From: an uncultured Acidobacteriota bacterium
Lineage (GTDB): Bacteria > Acidobacteriota > JAQAZP01
Assembly (NCBI GenBank): GCA_963836075.1
Contig: CAWIIB010000001.1
Span: 2,208,001-2,272,000 of the forward strand
Direction of reading: 5' to 3'
DNA: 64,000 bases
Shown here: positions 40,495 through 50,787 of the stretch, one piece after another
Layout: every line of letters starts with the position of its first letter
Numbering within the stretch: the stretch's first letter is position 1
The notes under the pieces: generated by a model
What the model saw: only the letters and a program-made list of their open reading frames with translations
Databases searched by the model: none
What the model was told of the DNA's origin: nothing
Program-made: the position numbers and the translations under genes

Positions 40495-41249
40495 ACAACA
40501 AACACCAGGACGGACCTTTTACAGCCACCGACGGAACCGCCTGCCCCTCCCCCGACGCACTGCTCCGCTATGCGGATCACAAGCTGCCCCGCAGGCGGGC
40601 AGGAGAAGTGCGGGCGCACATGGAAAGCTGCGGCTGCTGCGCGGAACTGACCGGCCTGATGGGATCTCCGGCCGACCTGCCGGCGGTGGAGCGAAAGAAG
40701 GACCGGGAACTGGTGGCCCGGCGCCTGGGGTTCGCCGGCAAAAAGTCGCTGCTCGGCAGGCTGCTCGAACTGTCCGACCGACTGTGGGAGGTCAGAGCCC
40801 CGATCCTGGTGCCGGTGAGCATCACCGCTCTGCTGCTCTTTATCCTCCTTCCGGCAGCACCGCCAGTGACGAGGAAGGACGCCACGCCCCTGGTCTACCA
40901 CTACACGGAAATGAGCCTGATGTTCTCCAGCGACCTGATCCTGAGGTCCGGACAGGGAGTTGATCACCAGGCAACCGCCGGTTCGCTGATCATCCTCCAG
41001 CACCACTCCAGCCAGGCCGACCTTGCCGCCGGCGATCCCGTCTCGCTGACCATCAGCGGGGGTCCGGCAAGAGAGAGGATCCTGCTGGCCACGGTATCCG
41101 GTGACGGGTTGATCGAGGTGCCCCTGGTCTTCCCCCGGCCCGGCAGATACCAGATCCGTATCTCCCGCCGTGACTCCGACGAAAATCTGGCTGATCTTCA
41201 GTGCACCATTACCGCTCCGTCTACTCCTGAAACCTGCCCCAACAACTGA
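40491..41249 (+). CDS. zf-HC2 anti-sigma factor with TM helix
   Basis: CP..ALLRY...AHMESCGCC zinc motif, one TM, periplasmic domain; TTGA overlap with the sigma factor. Confidence 0.8.
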   Translation: MNNKHQDGPFTATDGTACPSPDALLRYADHKLPRRRAGEVRAHMESCGCCAELTGLMGSPADLPAVERKKDRELVARRLGFAGKKSLLGRLLELSDRLWEVRAPILVPVSITALLLFILLPAAPPVTRKDATPLVYHYTEMSLMFSSDLILRSGQGVDHQATAGSLIILQHHSSQADLAAGDPVSLTISGGPARERILLATVSGDGLIEVPLVFPRPGRYQIRISRRDSDENLADLQCTITAPSTPETCPNN

Positions 41250-41353
41250 ACACGACTGATCTATCTACAAATCCCGCTAAAATCACACCGTACCCTCACC
41301 CTGTTCACCACGCTGGCCGGTCTGCCGGCCGTTGCCTTGATGTACTGCGGCCG

Positions 41354-42424
41354 TCAGGCCGGAGACGGGGAGTGTCTTCCGATCGCGATCATCCGGGTCA
41401 CTGCCCGGCGCGCCCGCCGGATCACCTCCTCCGGCAGTTCGATCTGATGCTGCAGGTGGAGCAGGGCGTCCCTGGTCTGTTCGAGGGTTATCTGGTTCAT
41501 GTGCGGGCAGCGCACGCTGCAGAGCCGCAGCATCTCTTTTTCAGGGTTCTCGGCGGCCACGTTGTCGCCCATGGCACATTCGGTGAGCAGCAGATACTGC
41601 TCCGCCCCCGAGTCCCGGACCTGCTCGATCATCGCCTTGGTGCTGCCGGAAAAATCCGATGCCTCCACCACCTCGGGACTGCACTCCGGGTGGGAAAGCA
41701 CCAGCACGTCCGGGAACTGGGCCCGCACGTCCTCGATGTCCTGTACGGTGAACTGCTCGTGCACCTCGCAGCGTCCCTTCCAGCCCACCATGGCGTATTC
41801 CAGCTCAGCGCCCTGTCCGGCCGCGGCCCGCGGCCCCTTGTGGGGGAAGATGATCCGGCGGCCGGTCTCCCGTGCCGTGTTGCGGGCCAGGTATTCGTCA
41901 GGCAGAAAGATCACCGGGCCGTCGCCCAGCGAATCGATCACTTCGGCCGCGTTGCCCGACGTGCAGCAGATGTCGCTCTCCGCCTTCACCCCGGCGTAGG
42001 TGTTGACATAGGTCACCACCGGCACGCCGGGATACTGCCGCCGCAGCTCACGTACATCCTCGGCGGTGATGCTCTCGGCCAGCGAGCAGCCGGCGTCCAG
42101 CGAGGGGATCAGCACGGTCTTCTCCGGACTGAGGATTTTCGCCGTCTCGGCCATGAAGACTACGCCGCAAAAGACAATGACCTCCGCTTGGGCCTCCGCC
42201 GCCACACGGCTCAACTCCAGCGAGTCGCCGGTGACATCGGGCACCGAGTGGAACAGCGCCGGCTCCATGTAGTTGTGACCGAGAATCAGCGCGCCGCGCT
42301 CCAGCTTCAGCTGCTCGATCTCCGCCACCAGCTCGGCCTTCAGCCGCAGTTCCGCATCGGGAACCACAAGCGCCAGCTTCGCTTTCAGCTTTTCGTATGC
42401 CCGCTCGATGCTCGTCCGATCCAT
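41354..42424 (-). CDS. nadA: Quinolinate synthase NadA
   Basis: ILGHNY, GDSLEL, FCGVVFMAETAKIL, AGCSLA, YVNT, CEVH, HPEC and CPHM. Confidence 0.97.
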   Translation of the reverse strand: MDRTSIERAYEKLKAKLALVVPDAELRLKAELVAEIEQLKLERGALILGHNYMEPALFHSVPDVTGDSLELSRVAAEAQAEVIVFCGVVFMAETAKILSPEKTVLIPSLDAGCSLAESITAEDVRELRRQYPGVPVVTYVNTYAGVKAESDICCTSGNAAEVIDSLGDGPVIFLPDEYLARNTARETGRRIIFPHKGPRAAAGQGAELEYAMVGWKGRCEVHEQFTVQDIEDVRAQFPDVLVLSHPECSPEVVEASDFSGSTKAMIEQVRDSGAEQYLLLTECAMGDNVAAENPEKEMLRLCSVRCPHMNQITLEQTRDALLHLQHQIELPEEVIRRARRAVTRMIAIGRHSPSPA

Positions 42425-42466
42425 TGGCTTCCACTTCCTCCGAAAATCCCGGCTGTCCGGACAATT

Positions 42467-42485
42467 ATCTATAGATTTTATCTAT
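42467..42485. promoter_or_regulatory. AT-rich palindromic operator candidate upstream of nadA
   Basis: ATAG-N7-CTAT at 42471..42485 overlapping the palindrome ATCTATAGAT. Confidence 0.4.
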
Positions 42486-42595
42486 TATAGGCCGTCACGA
42501 AAATTTATGTGAACAAAATTCGCCCTGGATCATCCGGCGACGCCCTCGATCGCCTGCGCTGCCGGACTGATGTCAGGGATGAGCGGTCCGGCTGC

Positions 42596-43462
42596 TCAGA
42601 TAGGATCCACTACGACGCGTACCCGGAAGTTGCCGGTGTTGTCTTCCAGTTTTTCGTCGTTGATCCCCAGTTCCAGTTCCCCGTCGATGGGGCTTTTGAG
42701 GATCTTCTCCGAACCGACCACATAGGGCGTGTCCCACAGGGGACGGAACCTGGCGATGAGCATGCCGATGTTGTTGCCGGGCAGCGGTCTGCCCTGCCAG
42801 CCGGTGTATGCCTGTCCGTCAGGCCCCACCTCCCGGCCCACGCGATCGGTGCCCCACTTGATGGTGCCGGTGGCGGTGATGCTGACGCGCTGGTTCCGTT
42901 TCAGCATGATGCCGGTGCGCAGCCATTTGGTGGTGGCGGGAACCCCCACCGTAAATTCCTGGGCGGCCCGGCTGAGCGTGCGGTCCTGCGGCCCTTCCTG
43001 CGAATCGAGCCCCTTTGGGACCCGGTTCATGTTCCCGGTGAACACCAGCAGCTGCACCGGGTGTCCGGGACCGATTTCATATTTGCTCACGCCGTTTTTG
43101 CTCTTCAGGCTGAAGGTCACCGGCTTGGATGCACGGATGAACCCTTCGATGCCGCTGCCGCCGCCCACCCGCTCCAGCTGGTAGATGGCCACCCGCAGTC
43201 TGTTCTTCGGCCGCTCCACATGGGTCACTTCCTTGAAGACCAGCCGGTGGATGCGGTCGAAACGGACACGGACCGGGTCGCCCTCGATCCGTTCCAGTTC
43301 GAGGAACTCGTCGGGGAAAATCGCCGTCCCCTTCACTTCGTTGCCGTTGGCCGCCTTCAATTCCACCGGGCCCACGTCCAACTCGGCGGCGGAACCGGCG
43401 CCGGCCAGCAAACCGGCGGAGAGAAAGATCACCAGACAGCGCCACATCGATTTTCCGGTCAT
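42596..43462 (-). CDS. Secreted protein with a C-terminal LecA/PA-IL-like lectin domain
   Basis: Signal peptide; WxxTGIxL...ITATGxIxW...GMLIARF...GELELGIND..DNTG pattern. Confidence 0.7.
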   Translation of the reverse strand: MTGKSMWRCLVIFLSAGLLAGAGSAAELDVGPVELKAANGNEVKGTAIFPDEFLELERIEGDPVRVRFDRIHRLVFKEVTHVERPKNRLRVAIYQLERVGGGSGIEGFIRASKPVTFSLKSKNGVSKYEIGPGHPVQLLVFTGNMNRVPKGLDSQEGPQDRTLSRAAQEFTVGVPATTKWLRTGIMLKRNQRVSITATGTIKWGTDRVGREVGPDGQAYTGWQGRPLPGNNIGMLIARFRPLWDTPYVVGSEKILKSPIDGELELGINDEKLEDNTGNFRVRVVVDPI

Positions 43463-43628
43463 GCCGTCCTCCGTAGGGGATGTATGCAGGATTGTTTTTC
43501 TTCAGGCAGGATCGAGTGTAGTGATTTCCCGATCAGGGGTCAAGATTTTCCGGCGCCGCGCACTCCGGCCGTAGACAAAGGAACACCGGCCAGCCGGCTG
43601 ACCGGTGTTCCGCTGTTCATCCGTGCGG

Positions 43629-43814
43629 TTACCCGATGAAATCGTCCGGGACGTTGGCGATCCTGGCGATGTCCAGGGCCTTCTCCCTGACGTCGAAGCC
43701 CATGGTGCAGTCGGTCACCGTGCAGGGGTCGCACGATTCACAGACCGGCGGGGCGAGTTCCAGACCGCGCACCGCGTTCTTGGCCTTGGCCAGGTCGCGG
43801 TACCCGTAAGCGTA
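43629..43814 (-). pseudogene. 3' remnant of an Fe-S-containing aldo/keto reductase
   Basis: No start codon; reads YAYGYRDLAKAKNAVRGLELAPPVCESCDPCTVTDCTMGFDVREKALDIARIANVPDDFIG*. Confidence 0.6.
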
Positions 43815-43827
43815 TCAAGGAAAGTGC

Positions 43828-44682
43828 CTATGCCCGGTTCAGCAGACGGTCCAGGTCCCCCATCTCCTCTGCGGTCAGCTCAAAATCGAAAATGCCGAGA
43901 TCTTCAATCATGTGCTGCGGGGAGCAGGTGCCGGTCAGCGGCACAATGCCTATCTGGCTGAGATAGCGGAATAGAACCTGCGGCCCGGTCCTGCCGTGGT
44001 CCCGAGCGATGGAGCCCAGGGCACTGCTGGCCAGCAGGTGCGGGTTTGCCGTGAGCGTCCAGAAACTCTGGTAGAGAACACCATGGGCGGAGCACCACTG
44101 CCGCAGATCCCTGTCGTACTCCGTCGCCTGGTAAAACCGGTTCTGAACGACGGCTGGTTTGACCCGCGAATCGGCATGGAGCGCCATCAGCACCCCGGGG
44201 TCGTAGCAGTTGCTGATTCCCAGCTGGCCGGCACCGCCCGCTTGATGAATCGTCTCCAGTGCCGCCCAGGCCTCCATCAGCAGCGCGTGGGGTTCCAGAG
44301 GTGAGTGCAGCACCAGGGAATCGACATACTCTGTTCGCAGGTTCTTTTGCGTGGCGGCGAATGACTGGGCGATCTGCTGCCCGACGGGAGCATCCCTGTC
44401 GTAGGGCACGTTGCGGGGGTCCTGGCCGGGAAGCGGGGTGAACTTGCTCTGCAGAAACAGGGACTGGCGATGGATCCCCTGTTCGGCCAGCCGGCCAAGG
44501 GCCTCGCCAACCAGCGCCTCATCGTAGTGCCTGGGCTGGCAGGCGGTGTCGATCCCCCGGAAACCGGTCCGCACCGCTCTGACCACCAGGTCCGCCGTAC
44601 GCTCCTTCTTCCAGGCCGTCCCGTAGATAATCCCCGGCATCCTCACGCCGGCGGAAGTTGTCAGCCAGGTTTGTTGAGCCAT
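43828..44682 (-). CDS. Aldo/keto reductase
   Basis: YGTAW, GFRGIDTA, FLQSKF, YVDSLVLHSP, LGISN and VVQNRF. Confidence 0.92.
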   Translation of the reverse strand: MAQQTWLTTSAGVRMPGIIYGTAWKKERTADLVVRAVRTGFRGIDTACQPRHYDEALVGEALGRLAEQGIHRQSLFLQSKFTPLPGQDPRNVPYDRDAPVGQQIAQSFAATQKNLRTEYVDSLVLHSPLEPHALLMEAWAALETIHQAGGAGQLGISNCYDPGVLMALHADSRVKPAVVQNRFYQATEYDRDLRQWCSAHGVLYQSFWTLTANPHLLASSALGSIARDHGRTGPQVLFRYLSQIGIVPLTGTCSPQHMIEDLGIFDFELTAEEMGDLDRLLNRA

Positions 44683-44898
44683 GATCCAGAACCTTTCTCT
44701 CTAAAAATGAGAATTGCGATACAGATGAAGCATAACCAGATCCTCAGCCGCCGTCCACGTTTTACCCGCTTGCGGCTGGCCGGAAAAGGGTGGAAGTGCA
44801 CAATTCGCCACAACGCTTCCCTTCAGCTGAACATTGCCGCCGCTGGATGGAGACCCTATAATCTGACGCGATAATCGTGAAACAGCAGAGGCGACAGG

Positions 44899-46668
44899 AT
44901 GGCATCGATCACGCTCCACAACCTGCCGGACAACCCGGTCACCATCGAACTGGACAGCGATCAGGTCACCATTGGCCGGTCCGCGAACAACGATATTGTG
45001 CTCAATCATCGTTCCGTGTCCCGCAACCACGCTGTTCTGGTGACCGGCACCGGCGGCAGTTATCAGGTACGGGACCTGGGGAGCAAGAACGGCGTGCTGC
45101 TCAACGGCCTGCGGATCAAGGAGCGGGCACTGCTCGCTGACGGGGACCGCCTGCGCCTGGGTGACCGGGAACTGGTCTACTCCAATCCCGCTGAGCTCAG
45201 GCCGGGGACTCCCGGCACGGCGGACGAAGCGAACAGGGTCCGGCCTGCTGCGGCAACCCGCGGGGCGGCTGACCTGGGAACGATGATGGTCCCGGTGGAG
45301 GAGATCCTCACCACGCTGGGCGACACCGGCGGAGTGGATCTCTCCCGCTCGGCCGAGATCTGGTCCGAAGAGGCGGGTGATCCGGAGTCTCAATCGAAAC
45401 GGCTGTCCCGTCTGTCGGCGGTGATCAACCAGACTGCGCTGGCGCTGATTTCCAACCGGCCGTTGCCTGATATTCTCGAGCTGGTGCTGGACCTGGTCTT
45501 TGATTCCCTGCCGGTCCTCCGGGGGTCTCTGATGCTCCTGGACACCGAGGATCAGGCCGCGGCGGAAGACCCCACGTTCCGGGAAGTGATCTCTCGCCGG
45601 CGGGGAAAAACCAACGGTGCGTCACAGTTCAGTCCCAGCAACACCATCCTGCAGCAGGTGGTGAGCAAAAGAGTGGCGCTGCTCACCCGGGATGCCATGG
45701 TCGACGACCGTTTCGACGCGTCACAGAGCGTGATGACCCAGGGAATCCGCTCCGCCATGTGCGCTCCGCTGTGGAGCCACACCAGGGTGATCGGCGTGAT
45801 CTACGTGGACAGCCTCAACCCGATCCACCACTTTGGCCGCGAGGAACTGGAACTGCTGACCTTCATCGCCAACCTGGCCGCGTTGAAGATCGAGAACTCC
45901 CGTCTGCTGGAGCAGTATCTGGAGAAACAGCGGATTGAGGAGGAAATGGCCCTGGCCGCCGTCATTCAGGGCCAGCTGTTGCCGGCGGAAAGCCCGGTGC
46001 TGCCGGGGTACGAGATCTGCGGCTTCAACCGCCAGTGCCACGAGGTTGGCGGGGACTACTACGACTTCATGGAACGGGCCGGTGGAAAACTGGGGATCAG
46101 CGTCGGAGATGTGTCCGGCAAGGGAATCGGGGCGTCGCTGCTGATGGCTGGCCTCCACGCCTGCCTCCATGTGCTCAACGCTTCGGGGCTCGATCTCACC
46201 TCCATCATGGGCCGGTTGAACGAGCATTTCTGTGAGCACTCGGCACAAAACAAGTTCGTCACCTTTTTCAACGCTGAGCTCGATGCCGGAGAGAACCGCT
46301 TGCGGTTCTGCAACGCCGGGCACAACCCGCCGCTCCTGCTGCGCGCCGCCGGCGGCGAGGTGGAGCAGCTGAGCGAGGGTGGGCCGGTGCTGGGTGTGAT
46401 CGAGGGCGCCGAATACCTAATGGCGGTCCGGGACCTGGCTCCGGGAGACCTGGTGCTGCTCTACACCGATGGGGTTACCGAAACCAAGACCCGGGACGGG
46501 GAGGAGTTCGGCATCCGGCGGCTGGCCGATTTTCTCCTTTCCTCCTACCGGTCCTCACCATCCGGAATACTGGAGTCTCTGGTGCAGGAGCTGGCACGCT
46601 TTCGCGGGCCGGAGGAGCCACGCGAGGACGACATGACCCTGGTCCTGATCAAGCGGTCCGACAGCTGA
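44899..46668 (+). CDS. FHA + GAF + PP2C/SpoIIE phosphatase
   Basis: IGRS..VSRNHA..DLGSKNG (FHA); IRSAMCAPL..GVIYVD (GAF); VGGDYYD, GDVSGKG, NAGHNPP, YTDG and DDMT. Confidence 0.95.
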   Translation: MASITLHNLPDNPVTIELDSDQVTIGRSANNDIVLNHRSVSRNHAVLVTGTGGSYQVRDLGSKNGVLLNGLRIKERALLADGDRLRLGDRELVYSNPAELRPGTPGTADEANRVRPAAATRGAADLGTMMVPVEEILTTLGDTGGVDLSRSAEIWSEEAGDPESQSKRLSRLSAVINQTALALISNRPLPDILELVLDLVFDSLPVLRGSLMLLDTEDQAAAEDPTFREVISRRRGKTNGASQFSPSNTILQQVVSKRVALLTRDAMVDDRFDASQSVMTQGIRSAMCAPLWSHTRVIGVIYVDSLNPIHHFGREELELLTFIANLAALKIENSRLLEQYLEKQRIEEEMALAAVIQGQLLPAESPVLPGYEICGFNRQCHEVGGDYYDFMERAGGKLGISVGDVSGKGIGASLLMAGLHACLHVLNASGLDLTSIMGRLNEHFCEHSAQNKFVTFFNAELDAGENRLRFCNAGHNPPLLLRAAGGEVEQLSEGGPVLGVIEGAEYLMAVRDLAPGDLVLLYTDGVTETKTRDGEEFGIRRLADFLLSSYRSSPSGILESLVQELARFRGPEEPREDDMTLVLIKRSDS

Positions 46669-46979
46669 ATCCCGCCGAGCCCGCAGTGCCGAGCGGATTT
46701 CGACCCTTTTCCTGAACCGCCAATTCGCAGGTAATCCGCGTCTGCCCCTGCCCCGCACCGTCCGTTAACGGCCGGACAACGAAATGCCGGCTCACTGCCC
46801 ACCGGGACCCGGCCCGGGCAACCGTGGAGCGGATGTGCCGCCAGGGCGAGAGCCCCCGGCCCCACTGACCGGCTCTCCGGGCAACCCGACGGGTTTGACT
46901 CTGATGACATCAAATTCCGGATAATGGAAATGGAACCGCTGGCAACAGCCCCGAACAGAAAAACTGTGAGGATCAGGTC

Positions 46980-49307
46980 ATGAAACCCGAGAACCGTGGA
47001 CCGGATGAAGACCGGCGTCAGGCTCCAGATGAATTGGAAACCCTGGCTGCCGGTATTGAATCGCTACCCCGACAGCGGGCAGCGTCCGCGGATCTGCCCG
47101 AGTCCATCGGCGGATACCGCATCGTGGGCAAACTCGGCGAGGGGGCCATGGGCATGGTCTACGAAGCCGAGCAGCAGCACACCAAGCGCCTGGTGGCGAT
47201 CAAGGTGATGCACCGCTTCCACCTGGTGGACGAGATGCACGCGCGCATGTTCCAGAGGGAGGTGGAGACCCTCGGCCGGTTGAAGCACCCCAACATCGCC
47301 GCCATCTACGAGTCGGGGCACACCAAGGACGGCCGCGACTTCTTTGCCATGGAGCTGGTGCACGGGGTGACCCTGGACCGCTGGCTCGCCGGACGGCCGT
47401 CACCGGTGCCCCCGGAGGAGCTGAAGCTCCGCTTGCGGCTCTTCGGTGTGCTCTGCCAGGCGGTGCACTACGCCCACCAGCGGGGGGTGATCCACCGCGA
47501 CCTCAAACCCGCCAACATCCTGGTGGTGGAGGACAACGTCTCCGTATCGGGAAGCGGGCAGCAAACGCCAATACCCACGGTGAAAATTCTCGACTTCGGG
47601 CTGGCCCGGATCACCGACCAGGACGTGCTGGCCACGCTGGCCACCGAAGTGGGGATGATCAAGGGCACGCTGCCCTACATGAGCCCGGAACAGGCCCGGG
47701 GCGAGGCCGACGCGGTGGACGTGCGCACCGACATCTATGCCCTGGGGGTCATTCTTTACGAGCTGATTGCCGGCCAACGGCCCTACGAAACCGTGCGCGC
47801 CGCCCTGGCCGAAGCGATACGGGTGATCTGCGAGGAACCGCCGCGACCGCTGCGCGAGAGCTGGAGCGGCATCGGCCGGCTGGACGCCGACGTGGAGAAC
47901 ATCGTCGGCAAGGCGCTGGAAAAAGAACCGGCGAGGCGCTACGGGTCGGCGGCGGCCCTGGCCGAAGATATCGAGCGCTACCTCAGCTCACAGCCGATCA
48001 ACGCTCGCCCACCCAGCGCGCTGTACCAGATCCGCAAGTTCGCCCGCCGCAACCGGGCCCTGGTGGGCGGCGCCCTGGCCGCGCTGCTGGTGCTGGTGGT
48101 ATTCGCCGCCACCATGGCGGTACAGACCGGCCGCATCCGCATGGAGCGGGACCGGGCCAATCGCGAAGCCGCCACGGCCCACGAGGTGTCCGAATTCCTT
48201 GTGGAGCTGTTCCGCGGCACCGACCCGGGCGAGACAAAGGGCGAAGAGGTGACGGCGCACCAGCTGCTGGACCGGGGCAGCGAACGGATCGAGGCCCTGG
48301 CCGACCAGCCGCAAACCCAGGCCTCGATGATGGAGACCATCGGCCGGGTCTACTACGTGATGGGGGCCTATGACCAGGCCACCCCGCTGCTGGAGCGGGC
48401 CGTGGCCATTCGCGAACAGCACGGTGCCGAGGATGAACTGGCCCTGGCCGCCAGCCTGCACAGCCAGGCCACCCTGCTGGACCTGAAAGGAAATCCCGGC
48501 CTGGGTGAGGAACCGATCCGCCGGGCCGTGGAGATCCGCCGACGGTTGCTTGGCGAACACGAGGATCTGGCGCAGAGCCTGAACACCCTGGGCAACGTGC
48601 TGTGGCACACCAACCGGATGGAGGAGGCCGAGGTGGTGCACCGGGAGGCACTGGCCATCCGCGAGCGGATCCATCCGCCGGAGAACACCATGATTGCCCA
48701 GAGCCTGCACAACATCGGCGCCCTGCGCTACTTCGACGACGACCTGGCCGAAGCAGAACGGTTGTGGCGCCGCTCGGCCGAGATCGAGGAGGCGGTGGAC
48801 GGGCCGGACGGCTGGGGCCTGGCCACCAGCCTGCACTGCGTGGCCATCGTCTGCAATGACCAGCAGCGCTACGACGAAGCGCTGGCTTTCGAGGAGCGCG
48901 CGCTGGCCATCCGGGAGAAAGTGCTGGGGCCCGACCACCCCTACGTGGCGCTCAGCCTGAACACCATGGGTGACATCTACTGCGGTCTGGATCGGGCCGC
49001 CGAAGCGGAAATGATGATCCGCCGGGCCGTGTCCATCGCCGAAGCGGCCTGGGGCCCGCAGCACGGGGAGCTGTGGTGGATGAAGCGCAGTCTGGCCCGG
49101 TCGCTGGTGGAACAACAGAAATTGGATGACGCGGAAACGGTACTGCTGGAGATGCTGCCCGCGATCAGGACCGCGGGAAACCATCCGGAACGGACAACGG
49201 CGCTGGAGGACATGATCCCGCTGCTCAAGCAGGTGGGCTGCCCTGACGAGGCCGCCGAGGTGCAGCGGCTGCTGAACCTCGAACCGCCGTCCGGCACGAG
49301 CAGCTGA
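46980..49307 (+). CDS. Hanks-type Ser/Thr kinase with TM helix and TPRs
   Basis: LGEGAMGMVY, VAIK, HRDLKPAN, DFG, YMSPEQ; TM helix; TPR repeats. Confidence 0.95.
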   Translation: MKPENRGPDEDRRQAPDELETLAAGIESLPRQRAASADLPESIGGYRIVGKLGEGAMGMVYEAEQQHTKRLVAIKVMHRFHLVDEMHARMFQREVETLGRLKHPNIAAIYESGHTKDGRDFFAMELVHGVTLDRWLAGRPSPVPPEELKLRLRLFGVLCQAVHYAHQRGVIHRDLKPANILVVEDNVSVSGSGQQTPIPTVKILDFGLARITDQDVLATLATEVGMIKGTLPYMSPEQARGEADAVDVRTDIYALGVILYELIAGQRPYETVRAALAEAIRVICEEPPRPLRESWSGIGRLDADVENIVGKALEKEPARRYGSAAALAEDIERYLSSQPINARPPSALYQIRKFARRNRALVGGALAALLVLVVFAATMAVQTGRIRMERDRANREAATAHEVSEFLVELFRGTDPGETKGEEVTAHQLLDRGSERIEALADQPQTQASMMETIGRVYYVMGAYDQATPLLERAVAIREQHGAEDELALAASLHSQATLLDLKGNPGLGEEPIRRAVEIRRRLLGEHEDLAQSLNTLGNVLWHTNRMEEAEVVHREALAIRERIHPPENTMIAQSLHNIGALRYFDDDLAEAERLWRRSAEIEEAVDGPDGWGLATSLHCVAIVCNDQQRYDEALAFEERALAIREKVLGPDHPYVALSLNTMGDIYCGLDRAAEAEMMIRRAVSIAEAAWGPQHGELWWMKRSLARSLVEQQKLDDAETVLLEMLPAIRTAGNHPERTTALEDMIPLLKQVGCPDEAAEVQRLLNLEPPSGTSS

Positions 49308-49346
49308 TCACCGATATGCGGTTTCCGGGGGCGGCGGGTCGCCGGC

Positions 49347-50096
49347 TCACTTCGTGCAGAAATGGATCACACCGCTTTCCGACGACAATCCCAGTCTCAC
49401 GGCCTCTGCCCGGACAACCAGGTCGCTCACCTCGGTGATTTGCACCGTGAATCCCGCCTCGCGGAGCCGGTCAGCATAGTCAGGGCCGTATCTCCGGACG
49501 TGGTCCTCCTGGCCAAAAACCCGGCGCCGCTCTGACGGCTCGGTGATGGCCGGATCCTCGAATGTCTTTTCGCCGGTGATGGGAACCAGCAGAATGGCCC
49601 ACCCGCCGTCAGCCAGCACCCGCCGGAACTCCCGCATCGCCTTCCGGTCATCCGGCACATGCTCCAGTACATGGCTGCAGTAGATCACGTCAAACGACCG
49701 GTCGGGATAGCCGATGCTGGTGACATCCATTTTCACCATGGCCAGCGGGTCAACCAGGTCGGCGGTCAGGTAGCCATCACCCAGCAATTCCCGGAACCGG
49801 GGCTCGAAACAGAGTTCCGGCGCAACGTGCAGCATCTTCTTTGGCGCACCATCGAACAGGTCTGTCTTCCGCTGCAGATAGAGCCAGAGGAAGCGGTGGC
49901 GCTCCACGGAGCTGCAGTTCACGCAGAGAGCGTCTTTTCGCGGGGTGACACCATAGGGACGGAAGCGCCGAAACGATGTGCCGCACACCGGGCAGTATCT
50001 TCCCCACCCAAAGCAGGAGACCCGCAGTGCGGCATCACGCACGCGCCGCAGGGGGGACTTCACCCCTTCCGGAAATCTCGCGACAAGTGATCTCAT
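49347..50096 (-). CDS. Class I SAM-dependent methyltransferase (Methyltransf_11-like)
   Basis: CPVC/CVNC, MLHVAPE, FDVIYCSHVLEHV and FGQEDHVRRYG. Confidence 0.9.
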   Translation of the reverse strand: MRSLVARFPEGVKSPLRRVRDAALRVSCFGWGRYCPVCGTSFRRFRPYGVTPRKDALCVNCSSVERHRFLWLYLQRKTDLFDGAPKKMLHVAPELCFEPRFRELLGDGYLTADLVDPLAMVKMDVTSIGYPDRSFDVIYCSHVLEHVPDDRKAMREFRRVLADGGWAILLVPITGEKTFEDPAITEPSERRRVFGQEDHVRRYGPDYADRLREAGFTVQITEVSDLVVRAEAVRLGLSSESGVIHFCTK

Positions 50097-50206
50097 GCCC
50101 TTTTTATAACATACCGGCGCCCTGTTCCTGTTTTCTCCGGAACACCGGGACTACCGATCGCGGCCAGGGATAAACACGATCCCGTGAATCAAATACCCGA
50201 AACCTA

Positions 50207-50231
50207 ATGATAGATAATATTTATCTATCAT
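50207..50231. promoter_or_regulatory. Perfect 11-bp inverted repeat, operator candidate
   Basis: ATGATAGATAA-TAT-TTATCTATCAT between divergently transcribed genes. Confidence 0.6.
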
Positions 50232-50319
50232 GATATGCTATCCGTGCGTGGGAAATCCAGCGCACTGTCAACACCAATTTTCACCCGGACAATCAACCGT
50301 ATAAACGCGAGGTGACAAC

Positions 50320-50547
50320 ATGCCTTTTGTACAGATCAAGGTTATCGAGAATGTCTTCTCCCAGGCCCAGAAACAGGAGATGATCGAGAAGGTCACCGAC
50401 ACCATGGTATCGATCGAAGGCGAGAACATGCGCCCGGTTACCTGGGTGGTGGTCCAGGAGGTCAAAAGCGGTGACTGGGGCGTCGGAGGCAAAGCGTTGA
50501 CCACCGATGCCGTAAAGGAACTCGCTGCAGGCGTGCCTGTGGGCTAG
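50320..50547 (+). CDS. 4-oxalocrotonate tautomerase family protein
   Basis: N-terminal (M)P, QKQEMIEKVTDTMVSIEGE and WGVGG; GAGG RBS. Confidence 0.93.
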   Translation: MPFVQIKVIENVFSQAQKQEMIEKVTDTMVSIEGENMRPVTWVVVQEVKSGDWGVGGKALTTDAVKELAAGVPVG

Positions 50548-50559
50548 ACCGGAATCAAC

Positions 50560-50598
50560 AATCCCACCTGGAGAAATGACTCCCGGTGGGATTTTTTT
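50560..50598 (+). terminator. Rho-independent terminator
   Basis: aatcccacctggag...ctcccggtgggat followed by a T-run. Confidence 0.85.
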
Positions 50599-50622
50599 AC
50601 ACCTGCCGGCGTCAGGCTCCTG

Positions 50623-50742
50623 GTCCATGCCCGGGCCTGGAACGTTGACGGCGGCCCGGTATCCGCCCTCGGGAGCATCGATTTCTTTCCCTATGGCAGC
50701 GGCATGACCCATGGCGGGCGGATCGCCGGTGGACATTTTTAG
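50623..50742 (+). pseudogene. Orphan 3' end of the FG-GAP-type C-terminal module
   Basis: VHARAWNVDGGPVSALGSIDFFPYGSGMTHGGRIAGGHF* matches HVRGWNVDGG...GMTHGANVAGGRF* of the 13914..16049 protein. Confidence 0.75.
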
Positions 50743-50787
50743 CCGGAAGGAAACCGAAACCTTTCCCCGCTTCCAGACGTTGTTCCA

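Noticed and set aside
46670-46979. Riboswitch or ncRNA upstream of the second kinase
   Set aside because: GC-rich with short CCGGGCAACC repeats but no consensus of any riboswitch class I can recognise.
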